A stretch of DNA of 64,000 nt, taken from contig CM075990.1 of the NCBI GenBank assembly GCA_038087875.1, forward strand, positions 16,804,001 to 16,868,000, written 5' to 3'. This DNA comes from Malacoraja senta (lineage: Eukaryota). Below the pieces are notes generated by a model, which saw only the letters and a program-made list of their open reading frames with translations, did no database searches and was not told where the DNA came from. A program made the translations under genes and the position numbers. This document shows, piece after piece, positions 62,735 to 64,000 of this stretch; the stretch's first letter is position 1; the number at the start of each line of letters is the position of its first letter.

Positions 62735-62783
62735 GGATCCACAGAGAGTTCCAACGCCACTACTGAAGACGAGGAAGGGAAGG
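62735..62783 (+). CDS. CAMK2G: CaMKII linker exon VII, 49 nt (GSTESSNATTEDEEGK)
   Basis: cacAG acceptor, GTAAGT donor; phase 0 to 1; GSTES..TTEDE resembles gamma as recalled (GSTESCNTTTEDEDLK). Confidence 0.93.
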
Positions 62784-62974
62784 GTAAGTCGTTATTTACT
62801 CTAGCCTAAGATGTTAATTATACCCTCTGTGCGATACAACCTTGTAACAAACCAAAGCTGGTCATTGTTCTTTTCTCGCGCTGTTCTTGATTAATCAGGT
62901 TGCACAATGCGGGACTTTTTATCTGAATTTAATGCTGTCATGTAATCAAAGTTTAAATAGATATATAAAAAAAC

Positions 62975-63258
62975 TAAAAGAAGGTAGATGAAAATGCTGG
63001 AGAAACTCAGCGGGTGAGGCAGCATCTATGGGGCGAAGGAATAGGCAATGTTTCGGGTCAATGAGAAACTCCAAGTGAAATCCATTTTGTTCCAAGCCAC
63101 ACAGCACAAAACAGGCCCTTCGGCCCAACTTGTCCATGCCGACCAAGATGCCCCATCTTCACTCGCCTCGACTCCATAGATGCAGCCTCACCCGCTGAGT
63201 TTCTCCAGCATTTTTGTCTACCTTTGATTTTTCCAGCATCTGCAGTTCCTTCTTAAAC
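62975..63258. mobile_element. PLE mini-palindrome whose centre is replaced by a 108-nt copy of 62152-62259
   Basis: TSD ATATAAAAAAAC at 62963-62974 and 63259-63270; insert at 63058-63165. Confidence 0.88.
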
Positions 63259-64000
63259 ATATAAAAAAACGAATGTGTTTTTAACTTGCTGACTTGCAGT
63301 GGGTGGCAGGTTTAAACTTAGTTAGCCTGGTGTTTCTGAGAAGGTGGTTACCTTTCCTCGGCATCTGATGGTTGCCTCTGCAACGCTAGAGGTCGCCGGA
63401 GGCCTGATGGATGTCTTTAAAAGTATGAGAGGTATCGATAGGGTAGACAGTCCGAGCCTTTATCCCCAGGATTGAAATATCAAAGACTAGAGGGCACAGC
63501 TTCATGATGAGAGTGGCAACGTTTAAGGGGGATTAAGGGGTAAGCCATGTTTTATTATTATTAATGTTTAATGCTTTATGTATCATTCTTAACTGTCACT
63601 GTATGTCATGTTGTCACTTGCGGGCGGAGCACCAAGGCAAATTCCTTGTATGTGAATACTTGGCCAATAAACTTATTCATTCATTTAGAACGGAGACGAG
63701 GAAACACGTTTTCACCCAGAGAGTTGTGAATCTGTGGAATTCTCTGCCTCGGAGGGCAGTGGAGGCCAATTCTCTAGATGCTTTCAAGAGAGAGTTAGAT
63801 AGAGCTCTTAAAGATAGCGGTCAAGGGATATGGGGAGAAGGCAGGAACGGGGTACTGATTGTGGATGATCACAGTGAATGGCAGTGCTGGCTCGAAGGGC
63901 TGAATGGCCTACTCCTGCACCTATTGTCTATTGAGATGTGCAGGGCAAGGTTTTTACACAGAGGGTGGTGGGTGTCAGGAACGTGCTGCGGGGGGGTGGT

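Overview
Eukaryotic, repeat-rich genomic DNA, most likely from an elasmobranch (skate/ray/shark; inferred from HE1-type V-SINEs and CR1/HER1-like LINEs). The whole window lies inside one + strand CaMKII gene of the beta/gamma group (best call CAMK2G; CAMK2B not excluded). I read 12 in-phase exons with AG/GT boundaries, running from the kinase C-lobe (PENLLLASK...) through the regulatory segment (T287, T306/T307 equivalents) to the variable linker. The linker includes a 33-nt NLS-type exon reading KRKSSCCVPLM. The 5' kinase exons and the hub exons lie outside the window. The introns contain HE1-type SINEs, CR1 LINEs (one nearly complete but frameshifted ORF2), Rex1/Babar and Tx1 fragments, PIF/Harbinger MITEs and a Helitron-like end. 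They also hold a very abundant family of Penelope-like element (PLE) derivatives. These occur as fold-back palindromes with 12-16 bp TSDs and a 34-37 nt single-copy tail, and carry a minimal hammerhead-ribozyme-like motif (CTGAAGA-A-GGG..CCC-GAAACGT[C/T]); some are in tandem arrays and one has captured neighbouring DNA. Most short ORFs in the track are repeat-derived noise. Repeat boundaries are approximate and family names come from recalled similarity, not database searches.
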